DNA of 64,000 nucleotides from Alphaproteobacteria bacterium (lineage in GTDB: Bacteria > Pseudomonadota > Alphaproteobacteria > RF32 > CAG-239), in assembly GCA_020025875.1 (NCBI GenBank), contig JAHHRI010000004.1, positions 125 through 64,124 on the forward strand. The letters run 5' to 3'. Shown here in pieces: positions 1 to 9,619 of this stretch. The stretch's first letter is position 1. Each line of letters starts with the position of its first letter. Both the position numbers and the translations under genes were made by a program. The notes beneath the pieces are model-generated. The model was not told where the DNA came from and made no database searches. It saw only the letters and a list, made by a program, of their open reading frames with translations.

Positions 1-417
1 AATCTTGATCAGCTGATAAAAGAGCTGGAAAGTATGGTTATTGCCGATTTGAGCGATAACGAGTTATGTAATCTGGGGCTAAAACTGCGGATGGCCTCGA
101 CTGTTATGTCGCAACAGCAAAATTTGACGGCAGTCCAGCAGCAGAGTGTTGAAACGATCTGTCGCTTTGACAGTTTGGTGGCTCGCGAAATGGAATATCG
201 TGGCTATCGGGTGGTTGACAGTGCGGAATTGACGGACATATCTCTTGAAGAAGTCGTGGAAGCTCTGTCCGAGATGGATTTTATTACTCTGCTCGATTGG
301 GTGGATGTGTTGCAGAAAACTGCGGCAGAAAATGAGCAAGATGCCGAATTGCTTGATTACGTTTATAACGAAATTGCCTACCGTTCGCTGAAAAACAGCG
401 GTGGTTTGCTCAATTAG
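1..417 (+). CDS. hypothetical protein, 5' end probably beyond window start
   Basis: Frame 1 is open from base 1 (NLDQLIKELES precedes the first ATG at 34) to TAG 415-417. The protein is acidic with no motif I recognise. A hairpin plus T-run follows. Confidence 0.4.
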   Translation, partial: NLDQLIKELESMVIADLSDNELCNLGLKLRMASTVMSQQQNLTAVQQQSVETICRFDSLVAREMEYRGYRVVDSAELTDISLEEVVEALSEMDFITLLDWVDVLQKTAAENEQDAELLDYVYNEIAYRSLKNSGGLLN

Positions 418-435
418 CAAAGGTATTGTTTTTAG

Positions 436-472
436 CAGCCTGCCGATTTGTTCGGTGGGCTGTTATGTTTTT
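436..472 (+). terminator. putative intrinsic terminator after the orphan ORF
   Basis: 11-bp stem CAGCCTGCCGA/TCGGTGGGCTG (two G-U wobbles), loop TTTG, then a T-rich tail TTATGTTTTT. Confidence 0.5.
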
Positions 473-887
473 AAATCGGTATCAAGATGTTTTATGTATG
501 CTGCCGATTGTTTCCTTTTTTTGCCGAACATGAGGAACCTTTGCTTTTTTTATCCGCTCAATTCATTTTTAAAAAAGATTGCCCGTGCTTTCCGCTAAAA
601 TCTGACGGAGTATTTTCTGCCGAAGATAAAAAATGTGCAGCATCGTTAGCTCTCAAAGAAAAAGATTTAAAAAACAGAAAGAAAAGAGATTGCAACCAAA
701 GCAATCCATCGGGCAGCCTGTCAAACAGGGAATCGGCGGGGAGATTGATGTTGCGGCGACTCCCCTGCGGCTGAGTGCAATCATAATCGGGGATAAGCCA
801 TCAATCGGAAAAAATTTTTATCTTGCTCTTTGTGCCGCCCTTTTTCGGCTTTGAGAGTGACAAGCTGCTGATGGCTGGCGGATAGAT

Positions 888-916
888 AAAGGCACCTCAT
901 TTCTGAGGTGCCTTTA
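888..916 (-). terminator. putative terminator downstream of tsf
   Basis: Perfect hairpin AAAGGCACCTCA-TTTC-TGAGGTGCCTTT lying 26 nt beyond the tsf stop. The T-tail is short (TTTAT), so the call is moderate. Confidence 0.5.
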
Positions 917-941
917 TGGGTTGTCTTTTGTTGAAAAACAA

Positions 942-1868
942 CTATTTGCTCAACTGTGCGGCAACTTCGGCGGCAAAGTCTTCTTCTTTTTTCTGAATAC
1001 CTTCGCCTAGTTTGAAGCAGACAAAATCCTTGATTTTGATGTCGGTGCCCAAGTCTTTGGCGGCATCGGCAACAACTTGCTTCACTTTTTTATCGGGATC
1101 CATAATGTATGCCTGTTCTTCAAGCACCACTTCGTCATAGTACTTGCGAATGCGGCCTTCGACCATTTTTTCGATAATGTTTTCCGGTTTGCCGGAGGCT
1201 TTGGCTTGTTCGGCAAAAATTGATTTTTCGTGTTCAACGGCAGCCGGATCGACATCGGCAACAGTCAGGAACAGAGGGCGGGAAGCTGCAATATGCATGG
1301 CGATATGTTTGCCTAGTTCTGCCAGTTTGCTTTTGTCCGCTTTGGATTCCAGCGCAACCAAGACACCGATTTTGCCAAGGTTGTTGCGGGTAACGTTGTG
1401 GATGTAAGGAGCAACCACACCTTCGTTGACCTCAACCAGTTTGGCGCGGCGCAAGTTCATGTTTTCGCCGATTTTGGCAATCATGTCCGTTAGGCGTTCT
1501 TCAAAAGATTTGTGAACTTTCGGGCATTGAAAATTTTTCATATCGCAGATTGCGCCGTTGTTCATCAGGGCAACCAGAGCGGCATCTTCGACATATTCTT
1601 GAAAGAGTTCGTTTTTGGCGACGAAGTCGGTTTCGGAGTTCACCTCGACCACGGCACCTTTATTGCCTTCAACGGCAACGGCAACCAAACCTTCGGCAGC
1701 AACGCGGCTGGCTTTTTTGGCAGCGGAGGCCAAACCTTTTTTGCGCAGCCAGTCAACGGCTTTTTCCATGTCGCCGTTTGCTTCAACCAAGGCCTTTTTG
1801 CAGTCAAGCATTCCGGCACTGGTTGTTTCTCTTAATTCTTTTACCTTTGCGGCAGTAATTTCGGTCAT
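942..1868 (-). CDS. tsf: elongation factor Ts
   Basis: 308 aa. N-terminal UBA-like MTEITAAKVKELRETTSAGMLDCKKAL..GDMEKAVDWLRKKG is classic EF-Ts, and it lies immediately downstream of rpsB. Confidence 0.96.
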   Translation of the reverse strand: MTEITAAKVKELRETTSAGMLDCKKALVEANGDMEKAVDWLRKKGLASAAKKASRVAAEGLVAVAVEGNKGAVVEVNSETDFVAKNELFQEYVEDAALVALMNNGAICDMKNFQCPKVHKSFEERLTDMIAKIGENMNLRRAKLVEVNEGVVAPYIHNVTRNNLGKIGVLVALESKADKSKLAELGKHIAMHIAASRPLFLTVADVDPAAVEHEKSIFAEQAKASGKPENIIEKMVEGRIRKYYDEVVLEEQAYIMDPDKKVKQVVADAAKDLGTDIKIKDFVCFKLGEGIQKKEEDFAAEVAAQLSK

Positions 1869-1974
1869 TTTTTATAATTCCCCAATTCTGATGATTTGAA
1901 TAAAAATGGCGATATTTTAGTTGGTAAAATACCGCCATTGTTTGAGTTTCAAGCGCTGATTTTCAGCAAAAGAA

Positions 1975-2802
1975 CTATTCGGCAGCTTTTTCTTTCTTGC
2001 TGTCTTTCGTTTCTTCTTCGCTTTCTGTCGCAGCTTTGGCAGCCTTTTTCTTGGCCGGCTTGGCATCGCTTTCTGCCATAATTTCTTCTACCTTAACGCC
2101 TTGAGCCGTAATTTCTGCCTGAATACCGTCCAAAACGGCAGCAGATATCAATTCGCAGTAGAACTGGATGGCACGGATGGCATCATCGTTGCCCGGAACC
2201 GGAAAGTCGACTAAAGTCGGGTCGGCGTTGGTATCGGCAATGGCGATGACCGGAATGCCCAGTTTTTTGGCTTCTTTGATTGCCAGATCTTCTTTCGGCA
2301 TATCGACAACAAACAGCAAGTCGGGTTGTCCGCCCATGTTCATAACACCGCTCAATTCTTTGGCCAGCTTTTCTTGTTCTTTGCGCAAGTTAAGCAGTTC
2401 CTTTTTGGTGTAGCCTTCGGTCGCGTTGTTATCAAACATCTCGTTTAATTTGACCAAACGGGAAATGGATTTGTAAACGGTTTTCCAGTTGGTCAGCATG
2501 CCGCCGAGCCAGCGGTAGTTGACATAGTATTGTCCGCATCTTTCCGCATTTTCTTTGATGATGTCCTGAGCCTGTCTTTTGGTGCCGACGAAAAGAACTT
2601 TGCCGCCGTTTGCCGCAATTTCTTTCGCAGCGTTCAAGGCCGTGTAGAGCATCGGATAAGACTGCTGCAAGTCAATGATGTGAACATTGTCTTTTTTGCC
2701 GTAGATGTAGCTGGCCATTTTGGGGTTCCAACGACGGGCGTGGTGACCAAAATGAACGCCGTTTTCAATCATTTGGCGGATTGTAAATTTAGGAAGTGAC
2801 AT
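1975..2802 (-). CDS. rpsB: 30S ribosomal protein S2
   Basis: 275 aa. Contains ..GVHFGHHARRWNPKM..YIYG.., in the rpsB-tsf pair, with a Lys/Glu-rich C-terminal tail. Confidence 0.96.
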   Translation of the reverse strand: MSLPKFTIRQMIENGVHFGHHARRWNPKMASYIYGKKDNVHIIDLQQSYPMLYTALNAAKEIAANGGKVLFVGTKRQAQDIIKENAERCGQYYVNYRWLGGMLTNWKTVYKSISRLVKLNEMFDNNATEGYTKKELLNLRKEQEKLAKELSGVMNMGGQPDLLFVVDMPKEDLAIKEAKKLGIPVIAIADTNADPTLVDFPVPGNDDAIRAIQFYCELISAAVLDGIQAEITAQGVKVEEIMAESDAKPAKKKAAKAATESEEETKDSKKEKAAE

Positions 2803-3022
2803 TGTATATATATCCTTATTTTCCGGTTAAACCTCCGCAAGCCTATCGGCTCGGTCAGCCCGAGCACCGGAGCGAATGCCCTTGAAAATAAAAAAACAAG
2901 GTGCTTCCGCCGCGCTTGCGTGTGAATTGTTAAAACAACGAATATCAAGCATTTGATATTCGCTGTCTTTTTTACACATATTTTACTTGTTTTGCAAGCA
3001 AAAAAATGAGATCGGAAAAAGA

Positions 3023-3553
3023 TTATTGAGGCTTAAACTTGCGGATGGCTTCAATGACGCGTTCAACCGTGTTGTCAACCATTTCTTCGCGGGTTTCCAC
3101 CACAATGTCGGCTTCCGAATAGTAAGGATATTCTTCCCTGATGTATTTTTCCAGTTTGTTTTTAAGATGTTCGTCGTTGCCTTCGATAAACGGGCGGTGA
3201 CGTCTTCCCGCAGTGCGGTGGTAGAGCACGTCGACATCGGCTTTAAGCCAGATGGTGACGGCGTGTTGTCGCGCCAGTTCGCGGGTTTGCGTGGGGACAA
3301 AAGAACCGCCGCCGGAAGCCAGCACGCAAGGCTCTCCCTGAAGTAACCGTTTCATAACTCGGGCTTCTCCGGCGCGGTATTCTTCTTCGCCGAAGCATTT
3401 TAAAACATCAACCAGCGGCAGCCCCGCTGCTTTTTCTATTTCCTGATCGCCGTCGACAAAAGGCAACCCCAGCTTTTTTGCCAGCCTTTTGCCAACGCTG
3501 GTTTTGCCGCTGCCCATCAGACCGACCAGTAAAATTATTTTATTGTTTTCCAT
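3023..3553 (-). CDS. aroK: shikimate kinase
   Basis: 176 aa with P-loop LVGLMGSGKTSVGKRLA and ..FVDGDQEIE..; size is typical. No aroB follows it. Confidence 0.9.
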   Translation of the reverse strand: MENNKIILLVGLMGSGKTSVGKRLAKKLGLPFVDGDQEIEKAAGLPLVDVLKCFGEEEYRAGEARVMKRLLQGEPCVLASGGGSFVPTQTRELARQHAVTIWLKADVDVLYHRTAGRRHRPFIEGNDEHLKNKLEKYIREEYPYYSEADIVVETREEMVDNTVERVIEAIRKFKPQ

Positions 3554-3640
3554 GGTTTGTTAATCTTTATTTCAAATATTTGTTGTCATAATATAAACAG
3601 TTTAAATTTTATCAATATTTTTTTTGTGAAAGGTGAACAT

Positions 3641-3784
3641 ATGCGTCAGAAAGGAAACGGTAAAATTTTGATTTATACGATTGCGGCAATTATTGCGGCA
3701 ACCGTTTTGTGGGTGATTTCCCGCGAGATTCCGTTTGCGCCGGAAAGAGTTGAACAGCCCATCGAAAATGTGTTTACCCGTTAG
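3641..3784 (+). CDS. small predicted membrane protein (47 aa)
   Basis: ATG 3641 is preceded by AAAGGTGAA. One hydrophobic helix (ILIYTIAAIIAATVLWVI). Ends 6 nt before xerD. No homology recognised. Confidence 0.35.
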   Translation: MRQKGNGKILIYTIAAIIAATVLWVISREIPFAPERVEQPIENVFTR

Positions 3785-3790
3785 AATGAG

Positions 3791-4693
3791 ATGATGGCAG
3801 AACAGCTGCTGAAAGATTTTCTAAATATGATTGCGGCAGAAAAAGGAGCCGCAGCGAACACGCTTGCCGCTTACCGGCGTGATGTGTTGCAGTTTTTGCA
3901 GTTTTTCGGCAAAGATTGTTTGGCGGCAGAAGACGACGATATTGCCGCCTTTGTCCGTGACCTCGGCAGCAGAGGGTTTGCTTCGAGGAGTATGGCACGC
4001 AAACTTTCGGCAATAAAAGAATTTTACAAATTTCTCTATTCGGAAGGAAAGATTAAAACGAATCCGGCAGCCGGCATCTTGTCGCCCCGACAGGAAAAGT
4101 CGTTGCCGAAATTTTTGAGCAAAGGAGAAATCAGGCGGTTGTTGCAGGCGGCGGAAGAAGAAAAGGATTTTGCCCATTGTCGGTTAAAAACCATGCTGAT
4201 ACTTATGTATGCCTGCGGTTTGCGCGTGTCGGAGTTGGTGGCGTTGCCCGTCAACAGCATCAATTTTGAAAAGAGGCAGGTTTGGGTTTTTGGCAAAGGG
4301 GCAAAAGAACGCTTGGTGCCGGCAGCGGCAGAAGCCATGACGGCGGTTGCCGACTATACGGTATGCCGCGAACAATATCTCAGCGGGCGCAAATCGCCGT
4401 GGCTGTTTCCTTCTCACACGGCAATATCCGGACATGTGACGCGTGATAATTTTTTTAAAAATCTGAAAAATTTGGCAGTCAAGGCGGGCATTTCCCCCGC
4501 ACGGGTATCGCCGCACATATTGCGCCATTCTTTTGCCACTCATCTTTTGAACCGTCGCGTTGATCTGCGCAGCGTGCAAAAACTGCTGGGGCACGAAGAT
4601 ATTTCCACAACCGAGATATACACTCATATTATTTCGGAGCAGCTGGTCGAAACGGTCAACAAAAATCATCCCTTGGCAAAAGCAAAGAGCTAA
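3791..4693 (+). CDS. xerD: site-specific tyrosine recombinase XerD
   Basis: 300 aa. C-terminal catalytic motifs ..LRHSFATHLL.. and ..LLGHEDISTTEIYTH.., plus an N-terminal SAM-like domain. Confidence 0.9.
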   Translation: MMAEQLLKDFLNMIAAEKGAAANTLAAYRRDVLQFLQFFGKDCLAAEDDDIAAFVRDLGSRGFASRSMARKLSAIKEFYKFLYSEGKIKTNPAAGILSPRQEKSLPKFLSKGEIRRLLQAAEEEKDFAHCRLKTMLILMYACGLRVSELVALPVNSINFEKRQVWVFGKGAKERLVPAAAEAMTAVADYTVCREQYLSGRKSPWLFPSHTAISGHVTRDNFFKNLKNLAVKAGISPARVSPHILRHSFATHLLNRRVDLRSVQKLLGHEDISTTEIYTHIISEQLVETVNKNHPLAKAKS

Positions 4694-4747
4694 ACCGCAT
4701 TTGCATCGTCGCCAATCAATTTTTTAAGATAAACGGATAGCTAGCGG

Positions 4748-5476
4748 TCAGCGCTTGATTTTGCCGTATATCTGATATTGGTAATGGATGTTTTGCAAAG
4801 CGTTTAGAAATTCTCCGTCATTTAAAAGTGCGTCGCAAGAATCGGGAAAAGGCTTTTCCAACAATTTTTTGACCGGCAGTTTGCCGATTTTTTTGGGCAG
4901 AAAACGGCGACAAAAAGCATAAGCGGCGGCGGTCAACGCGGTTTTGTCGCCGGTATTGTAGCCGATTTCGGAGAGCATTTCGGCAATGTCCGTTTTTGCC
5001 GAAAAACGGCTGCCGTACCAAATGCCGATGTTGGCGGCGGCCAGCTCACGCCACGGAAAGCCTTTGCCCGGATCCGGTTTACGTTCCGGTGCAATGTCCG
5101 AATGTCCGACAATCATGGTCGGTGCGATTTGTCGTCGGTTGACAATGTCGCCGCACAACTCAATCAGAGAAGCAATCTGCTTTCGGTTAAAGTGGCTTTG
5201 ACCAAGCGAACGATGGCAGACTTCGATGCCAACGGAGGCAGAATTGATGTCGGTGATACCGTTCCAGAAAGAAAGCCCTGCGTGCCAAGCGCGTTTGTCT
5301 TCGCTGACACATTGGTAAACGCTGCCGTCATAGTCGACGACATAATGGGCAGAGAGTTGCAAGTCTGCTAATTGTTTAATCCCTTCTTGCGCACCATGTG
5401 CCATCGAATGAATGACCAGCATACTGATCGGGAGTTTTCGTTCATTAAAGGAAAGGAGCGGGCTATATATCATCAT
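4748..5476 (-). CDS. N-acetylmuramoyl-L-alanine amidase (amidase_2, AmpD/AmiD-like) with C-terminal PG-binding-like region
   Basis: 242 aa. Contains ..SAHYVVDYDGSVYQCV..RAWHAG..SVGIEVCH..IVGHSDIAPERKPDPG... It is the last gene of the packed minus-strand operon. Confidence 0.8.
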   Translation of the reverse strand: MMIYSPLLSFNERKLPISMLVIHSMAHGAQEGIKQLADLQLSAHYVVDYDGSVYQCVSEDKRAWHAGLSFWNGITDINSASVGIEVCHRSLGQSHFNRKQIASLIELCGDIVNRRQIAPTMIVGHSDIAPERKPDPGKGFPWRELAAANIGIWYGSRFSAKTDIAEMLSEIGYNTGDKTALTAAAYAFCRRFLPKKIGKLPVKKLLEKPFPDSCDALLNDGEFLNALQNIHYQYQIYGKIKR

Positions 5477-5482
5477 GGCGGT

Positions 5483-6259
5483 TTATAATTTGATGGTTGA
5501 CAGTTCAATCGGAAAATCGTCTTTTTGGGTTATTTGTCCCTGATGGCGGCAACGGCGATAGCTGAAGTAAAGTTCCGGATTGGTGTAGGTGTCGATGCCG
5601 GAAAAAGAGGTGTTTTTTATGCCGATGAGGTTAAAACGGTGACAAACATATGCCTCCAGATCGCAAAGCCAGCGACCTTCGCCGCAGGGAGTGAAAAACC
5701 GGTCGTTAAGTTTATCCTGAGCCAGAAAAAGATCGCGCATATCGCTTTGTGTCGCAAAAGATTCTTTTTGCAGGCAAGGGCCTGCCGCTGCCGCAATATC
5801 TTCGATCGCGGCGCCTTTTTTGAGCATGATGTCAACAGTGTTTTCCATAACGCCGGCAAGCGCGCCCCGCCAGCCGGCATGGACGGCGCCGACAATGCCG
5901 TGTTTGGTATCGGCAAGCAAAATCGGCATACAATCGGCGGTGGTGATGCCGAGGATTATGTCCGGACGATCCGTAACAACCCCGTCGGCTTCTACCTCAT
6001 AGCGTGACGGCCGATCAACATAGGCGGCTTTGTTGGTGTGTCCTTGAGCGGGGCGCATGAGCGCATTGCCGGAAAGACCGTAAAATTTGCCGACAAGTTC
6101 AAGATGTTTTTCTATATGTTCCGGCTTGTCGCCGCTTTTGCGGTTGAAATTGAAACTGGCGTAAAGCTCTTTAGAAACGCCGCCGTTTCTGCCGAAAAAG
6201 GCGTGTTTGTCCGCCGGCAGATTGGGCGCAAGATAAAAATTGACCATTCCTTCCAACAT
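5483..6259 (-). CDS. pgeF: YfiH/PgeF family (laccase-domain) peptidoglycan-editing / purine nucleoside phosphorylase-like protein
   Basis: Motifs TADCMPILL and HAGWRG. Start is set at ATG 6259 (GGAG 8 nt upstream, 4 nt after the deoA stop) rather than the ORF-track start at 6283. Confidence 0.85.
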   Translation of the reverse strand: MLEGMVNFYLAPNLPADKHAFFGRNGGVSKELYASFNFNRKSGDKPEHIEKHLELVGKFYGLSGNALMRPAQGHTNKAAYVDRPSRYEVEADGVVTDRPDIILGITTADCMPILLADTKHGIVGAVHAGWRGALAGVMENTVDIMLKKGAAIEDIAAAAGPCLQKESFATQSDMRDLFLAQDKLNDRFFTPCGEGRWLCDLEAYVCHRFNLIGIKNTSFSGIDTYTNPELYFSYRRCRHQGQITQKDDFPIELSTIKL

Positions 6260-6263
6260 TGTT

Positions 6264-7574
6264 CTACTCCACGGTTGTGGCAATGACCGGTTTGAGCTGT
6301 GGTTTTTCGTTATCCGTCACAATATTTTGCTGCAGTTCGTTTTCGGCAAAACGATAATCCTCCTCGCTTTCGGCATGGATGAAGGCCAGCGGATTGTGCT
6401 CGTCGACATAGTCGCCGATTTGGCAAAATTCGGTATAGCCAGACGCATAGTCCAACTTTTGATCGGGGGCGGTGCGTCCGCCTTTCAGCCCAATGATGCT
6501 GAGCCCGATGTTGCGGGTGTTCATGCTTTTTACATAACCGGCGTTAAGCGGAAAAACCGGTTTGACGATGGTTGCTCGGGGGAGGTATTTTTCCGGCTGT
6601 TCGGTAAAGTCTGCCGGACCTCCGAGTTTTTTGACCATGCGCGCGAAAACTTCCAGCGATCTGCCGGAAGCAAGATCGGCGTTTAGGCGTTTTTGCGCAT
6701 CTTCGCGTGTTGAAAAACAGCCGGCGTTGACCAGCAGTTCGGCCGCAAGATCAAGCGTGATTTGGTGGAGGCGGGGATCAACGTTGATTCCTTTTAAATA
6801 ATCAACCGCTTCTTTAACCTCCAGCGCGTTGCCGACGGTTGTGCCCAACACTTGGTTCATGTCGGTAAGGAGAGCTTTGGTTTTGGTGCCGGACAAATTG
6901 GCGACGCGGACGATGGAGCGTGCCAGCGCGCAACCGTCTTCAAGGTTGCTCATAAAGGCGCCGTTGCCAAATTTTAAGTCCATGATCAGGCAGTTGAGAC
7001 CGGCAGCCAGTTTTTTTGAAAGAATGGAGGCGGTAATCAGCGGAATCGATTCAACGGTTGCCGAAACATCACGAATGGCATAAATTTTTTTATCTGCCGG
7101 CGCCAAGCTGCCGGTTTGCCCGATGACGGCGCAGCCGACTTCTTTGACCGTGTTGCGGAAAAGCTCATTGTCGGGGTGCGTTTGATAACCGGGGATCGAA
7201 TCGAATTTGTCGAGGGTGCCGCCGGTATGCCCCAGACCGCGACCGGAAATCATCGGCACAAAGACACCGGCAGCGGCAAGCATGGGTGCCAGCATCAGGC
7301 TGACTTTGTCGCCAACCCCGCCGGAAGAATGTTTGTCGACGACTGGCGCGTCCAGTTCCGGCCATTGCAAAACGTCGCCGGAATCGCGCATGGCAAGTGT
7401 CAGATCCTTGGTTTCTTCGTCATTCAGCCCGTTTAAGAAAGCCGCCATGGTAAAAGAACTGATCTGGCAGTCGGCAATGGTGCCGTCGGTAACACCGCGA
7501 ATGAAAAAATTGATTTCTTCGGCACTTAGGTTTAAATTGTTGCGTTTTTTGCGGATAATTTCTTGTGGCAGCAT
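6264..7574 (-). CDS. deoA: thymidine (pyrimidine-nucleoside) phosphorylase
   Basis: Contains ..VDKHSSGGVGDKVSLMLAPM.. and the N-terminal MLPQEIIRKKR... Start is set at ATG 7574 (GGAGA RBS, 4 nt after the deoC stop). The ORF-track start at 7589 is also possible. Confidence 0.92.
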   Translation of the reverse strand: MLPQEIIRKKRNNLNLSAEEINFFIRGVTDGTIADCQISSFTMAAFLNGLNDEETKDLTLAMRDSGDVLQWPELDAPVVDKHSSGGVGDKVSLMLAPMLAAAGVFVPMISGRGLGHTGGTLDKFDSIPGYQTHPDNELFRNTVKEVGCAVIGQTGSLAPADKKIYAIRDVSATVESIPLITASILSKKLAAGLNCLIMDLKFGNGAFMSNLEDGCALARSIVRVANLSGTKTKALLTDMNQVLGTTVGNALEVKEAVDYLKGINVDPRLHQITLDLAAELLVNAGCFSTREDAQKRLNADLASGRSLEVFARMVKKLGGPADFTEQPEKYLPRATIVKPVFPLNAGYVKSMNTRNIGLSIIGLKGGRTAPDQKLDYASGYTEFCQIGDYVDEHNPLAFIHAESEEDYRFAENELQQNIVTDNEKPQLKPVIATTVE

Positions 7575-7578
7575 ATTG

Positions 7579-8313
7579 TTAATCTCCATTTTCGATGACT
7601 CTGATCAAATCGTCTAAAAGCGAACTGGCGCCGATGCGGAAATGCTGAGGATTGGGCCAATCGGCTCCCAAGATCACTTCGGATAAAATCAGATATTTGC
7701 GTGCTTCTTCAAAAGTTTTGATACCGCCGCTGGCTTTGAAACCGACATCGCGACCGCTGTCACGGATGGTTTCCAAAATGATGTTTGCCGCGCCGATGGT
7801 TGCGGAAACAGGCGTTTTGCCGGTTGAGGTTTTGATGAAGTTTATGTCATATTCCAGACATAGTTTGACGGCGGCGCTGATTGTTGATATATGTTTGAGT
7901 TCACCTGTTTCGAGAATGATTTTAGCGGTATGTTTGGCACATTCGCGTTGGGTGATGTCGAGAAAGCGGCGACAGACGTCTAAGTTGCCGGCAAGAAAGT
8001 CGCGGTAGGGAAAAACGGCGTCAATTTCATCAGCGCCGCTGCTCAGGCTTTTTTTAATTTCTTCTTTGAGCAGTTTAAAGTCGTTGCCGCCGGCGGGAAA
8101 ATTGACCACCGTGGCAACTTTTATCGGTGTTTTTTTGAGCAGTTTGCGAGCAAGCGACACCCATTCCGGATACACGCAGACAGCGGCGGCAGTACCGTAC
8201 GGGGTTGAGGCCTTTGCGCACAAGCTGCTGATTTTTTCTTCCGTATCGTCATGGTTGAGCGAGGTCAGATCCAGGCTGCCGATCAGCCGAAAAGCGTTTT
8301 GAGTGTCACTCAT
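7579..8313 (-). CDS. deoC: deoxyribose-phosphate aldolase
   Basis: DeoC-like TIM barrel with ..IKTSTGK.. (Schiff-base Lys region) and ..FKASGGI... Start is set at ATG 8313 (AAGGAA RBS, 2 nt after the punA stop). The 38-codon upstream extension overlaps punA. Confidence 0.9.
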   Translation of the reverse strand: MSDTQNAFRLIGSLDLTSLNHDDTEEKISSLCAKASTPYGTAAAVCVYPEWVSLARKLLKKTPIKVATVVNFPAGGNDFKLLKEEIKKSLSSGADEIDAVFPYRDFLAGNLDVCRRFLDITQRECAKHTAKIILETGELKHISTISAAVKLCLEYDINFIKTSTGKTPVSATIGAANIILETIRDSGRDVGFKASGGIKTFEEARKYLILSEVILGADWPNPQHFRIGASSLLDDLIRVIENGD

Positions 8314-9115
8314 GGCAAAATTCCTTAACATAATTGGTGATGAATGTAGTGAGATTGTCGGCGGCTTGGGCGGCGCCGAGCATGGTATCTTCGTGGGAAA
8401 GCGGCGTTTTTTGCAAGCCGGTGCCAAAGTTGGTGATGGCGGAAACGGCCAGCACTTTTATGCCGGCATGGACGGCGGCAATCACTTCGGGAACCGTGGA
8501 CATACCGACGGCATCGGCGCCGAGAATGCGAAAGGCGCGGATTTCGGCCGCGGTTTCAAAATTTGGTCCGAGTACCATCAGGTAAACACCTTCCGGCAGG
8601 TTTAGCCCGAGTTTGGCAGCCAGTTCTTTTGCCTGCCGCCGCATATTGCGGTCGTATGCGTTGCTCATGTCCGGAAAACGGGGTCCGATGTTGTCGTCAT
8701 TGGCGCCGACAAGCGGATTTTGACCGGAAAAGTTGATATGATCGTTGATCAGCATCAAACTGCCAGGGGTAAAATCGGGATTAAGCGAACCGGCGGCATT
8801 GGTAATAATCAGCCTTTTGATGCCGACGGCTTTAAGGGTGTTGATCACTTCCGTCATTGTCTGCGGGGTATGCCCCTCATAGAGATGAAAGCGTCCCTGC
8901 AGGCAAAGCACTTCGCTGTTTCCTATTTTGCCGACGATCATTTGGCCGCAATGTCCGGCAACGGTGGTGCGGGGAAAGCCCTCGATTGCTTGGTACGAAA
9001 TGGTCAGCGGGGATTTGACGGCTTCGGCAACGGCACCGAGACCGGAGCCGAGAATGATTGCCGTTTGTGGTTTTCTGCCTGCCAGAAGTTGTTTGAATTG
9101 TTCACGATTGATCAT
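8306..9115 (-). CDS. punA: purine nucleoside phosphorylase (trimeric PNP/MTAP family)
   Basis: Contains ..ILGSGLG..FP..TVAGH.G..V.G...V.CLQGRFH.YEG... Start is set at ATG 9115 (TTAAGGAATTTTAAC upstream, 1 nt after the cdd stop). Confidence 0.88.
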   Translation of the reverse strand: MINREQFKQLLAGRKPQTAIILGSGLGAVAEAVKSPLTISYQAIEGFPRTTVAGHCGQMIVGKIGNSEVLCLQGRFHLYEGHTPQTMTEVINTLKAVGIKRLIITNAAGSLNPDFTPGSLMLINDHINFSGQNPLVGANDDNIGPRFPDMSNAYDRNMRRQAKELAAKLGLNLPEGVYLMVLGPNFETAAEIRAFRILGADAVGMSTVPEVIAAVHAGIKVLAVSAITNFGTGLQKTPLSHEDTMLGAAQAADNLTTFITNYVKEFCHE

Positions 9116-9116
9116 G

Positions 9117-9506
9117 TTAAAATTCCTTAAAAGCATTGGGCAGGAGTTCGTTAACGGACATTGTTTTTTTGACGCCTTCGCGATCGGCCAGCAAAATTTC
9201 CGTTTCCGGCAGGGAAAATTCTAAAATTCGTTGCAGGCAGGCACCGCAGGGGGTGATCAACGTTGCGCCGTCGGAGATAACGAGAATTCGGCGAATTTTT
9301 GTGCCGCCGCCGCAAACCATGGCGGCAATGGCTCCCGCTTCGGCACAGGTGCCGCAAGGGTAGGAAATATTTTCGACATTGCAGCCGGCAAAAATTTGCC
9401 CGTTGTCGCTTTCAACCGCGGCACCGACCTTAAAATGAGAATAGGGGGCGTATGCTTTGTTTTGCGCTTCGCTTGCAAAATTGAAAAGTTGATGATAATT
9501 TTTCAT
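9117..9506 (-). CDS. cdd: cytidine deaminase (zinc-dependent, homotetrameric type)
   Basis: 129 aa with zinc motifs ..CAEAGAI.. and ..PCGACLQ... It is the first gene of the nucleoside-catabolism operon. Confidence 0.92.
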   Translation of the reverse strand: MKNYHQLFNFASEAQNKAYAPYSHFKVGAAVESDNGQIFAGCNVENISYPCGTCAEAGAIAAMVCGGGTKIRRILVISDGATLITPCGACLQRILEFSLPETEILLADREGVKKTMSVNELLPNAFKEF

Positions 9507-9619
9507 GTTCGGGCTTGACCTTAAATATTTTATTTATCAATATAAGGTATATTATGCTACGATTACCGTTTTAGCAAAGATTATTTTTGATTTTTGCATT
9601 TTGAAAAAAGGAAGCGTCT

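Noticed and set aside
700-830. Riboswitch-like strings (AGGGAA, CTGAG, GGGGATAAGCC) reminiscent of cobalamin or TPP elements
   Set aside because: The diagnostic boxes are absent (GCCACTG for B12, ACCTGA...GCCAGCG for TPP). No gene lies downstream on either strand that such an element could regulate.
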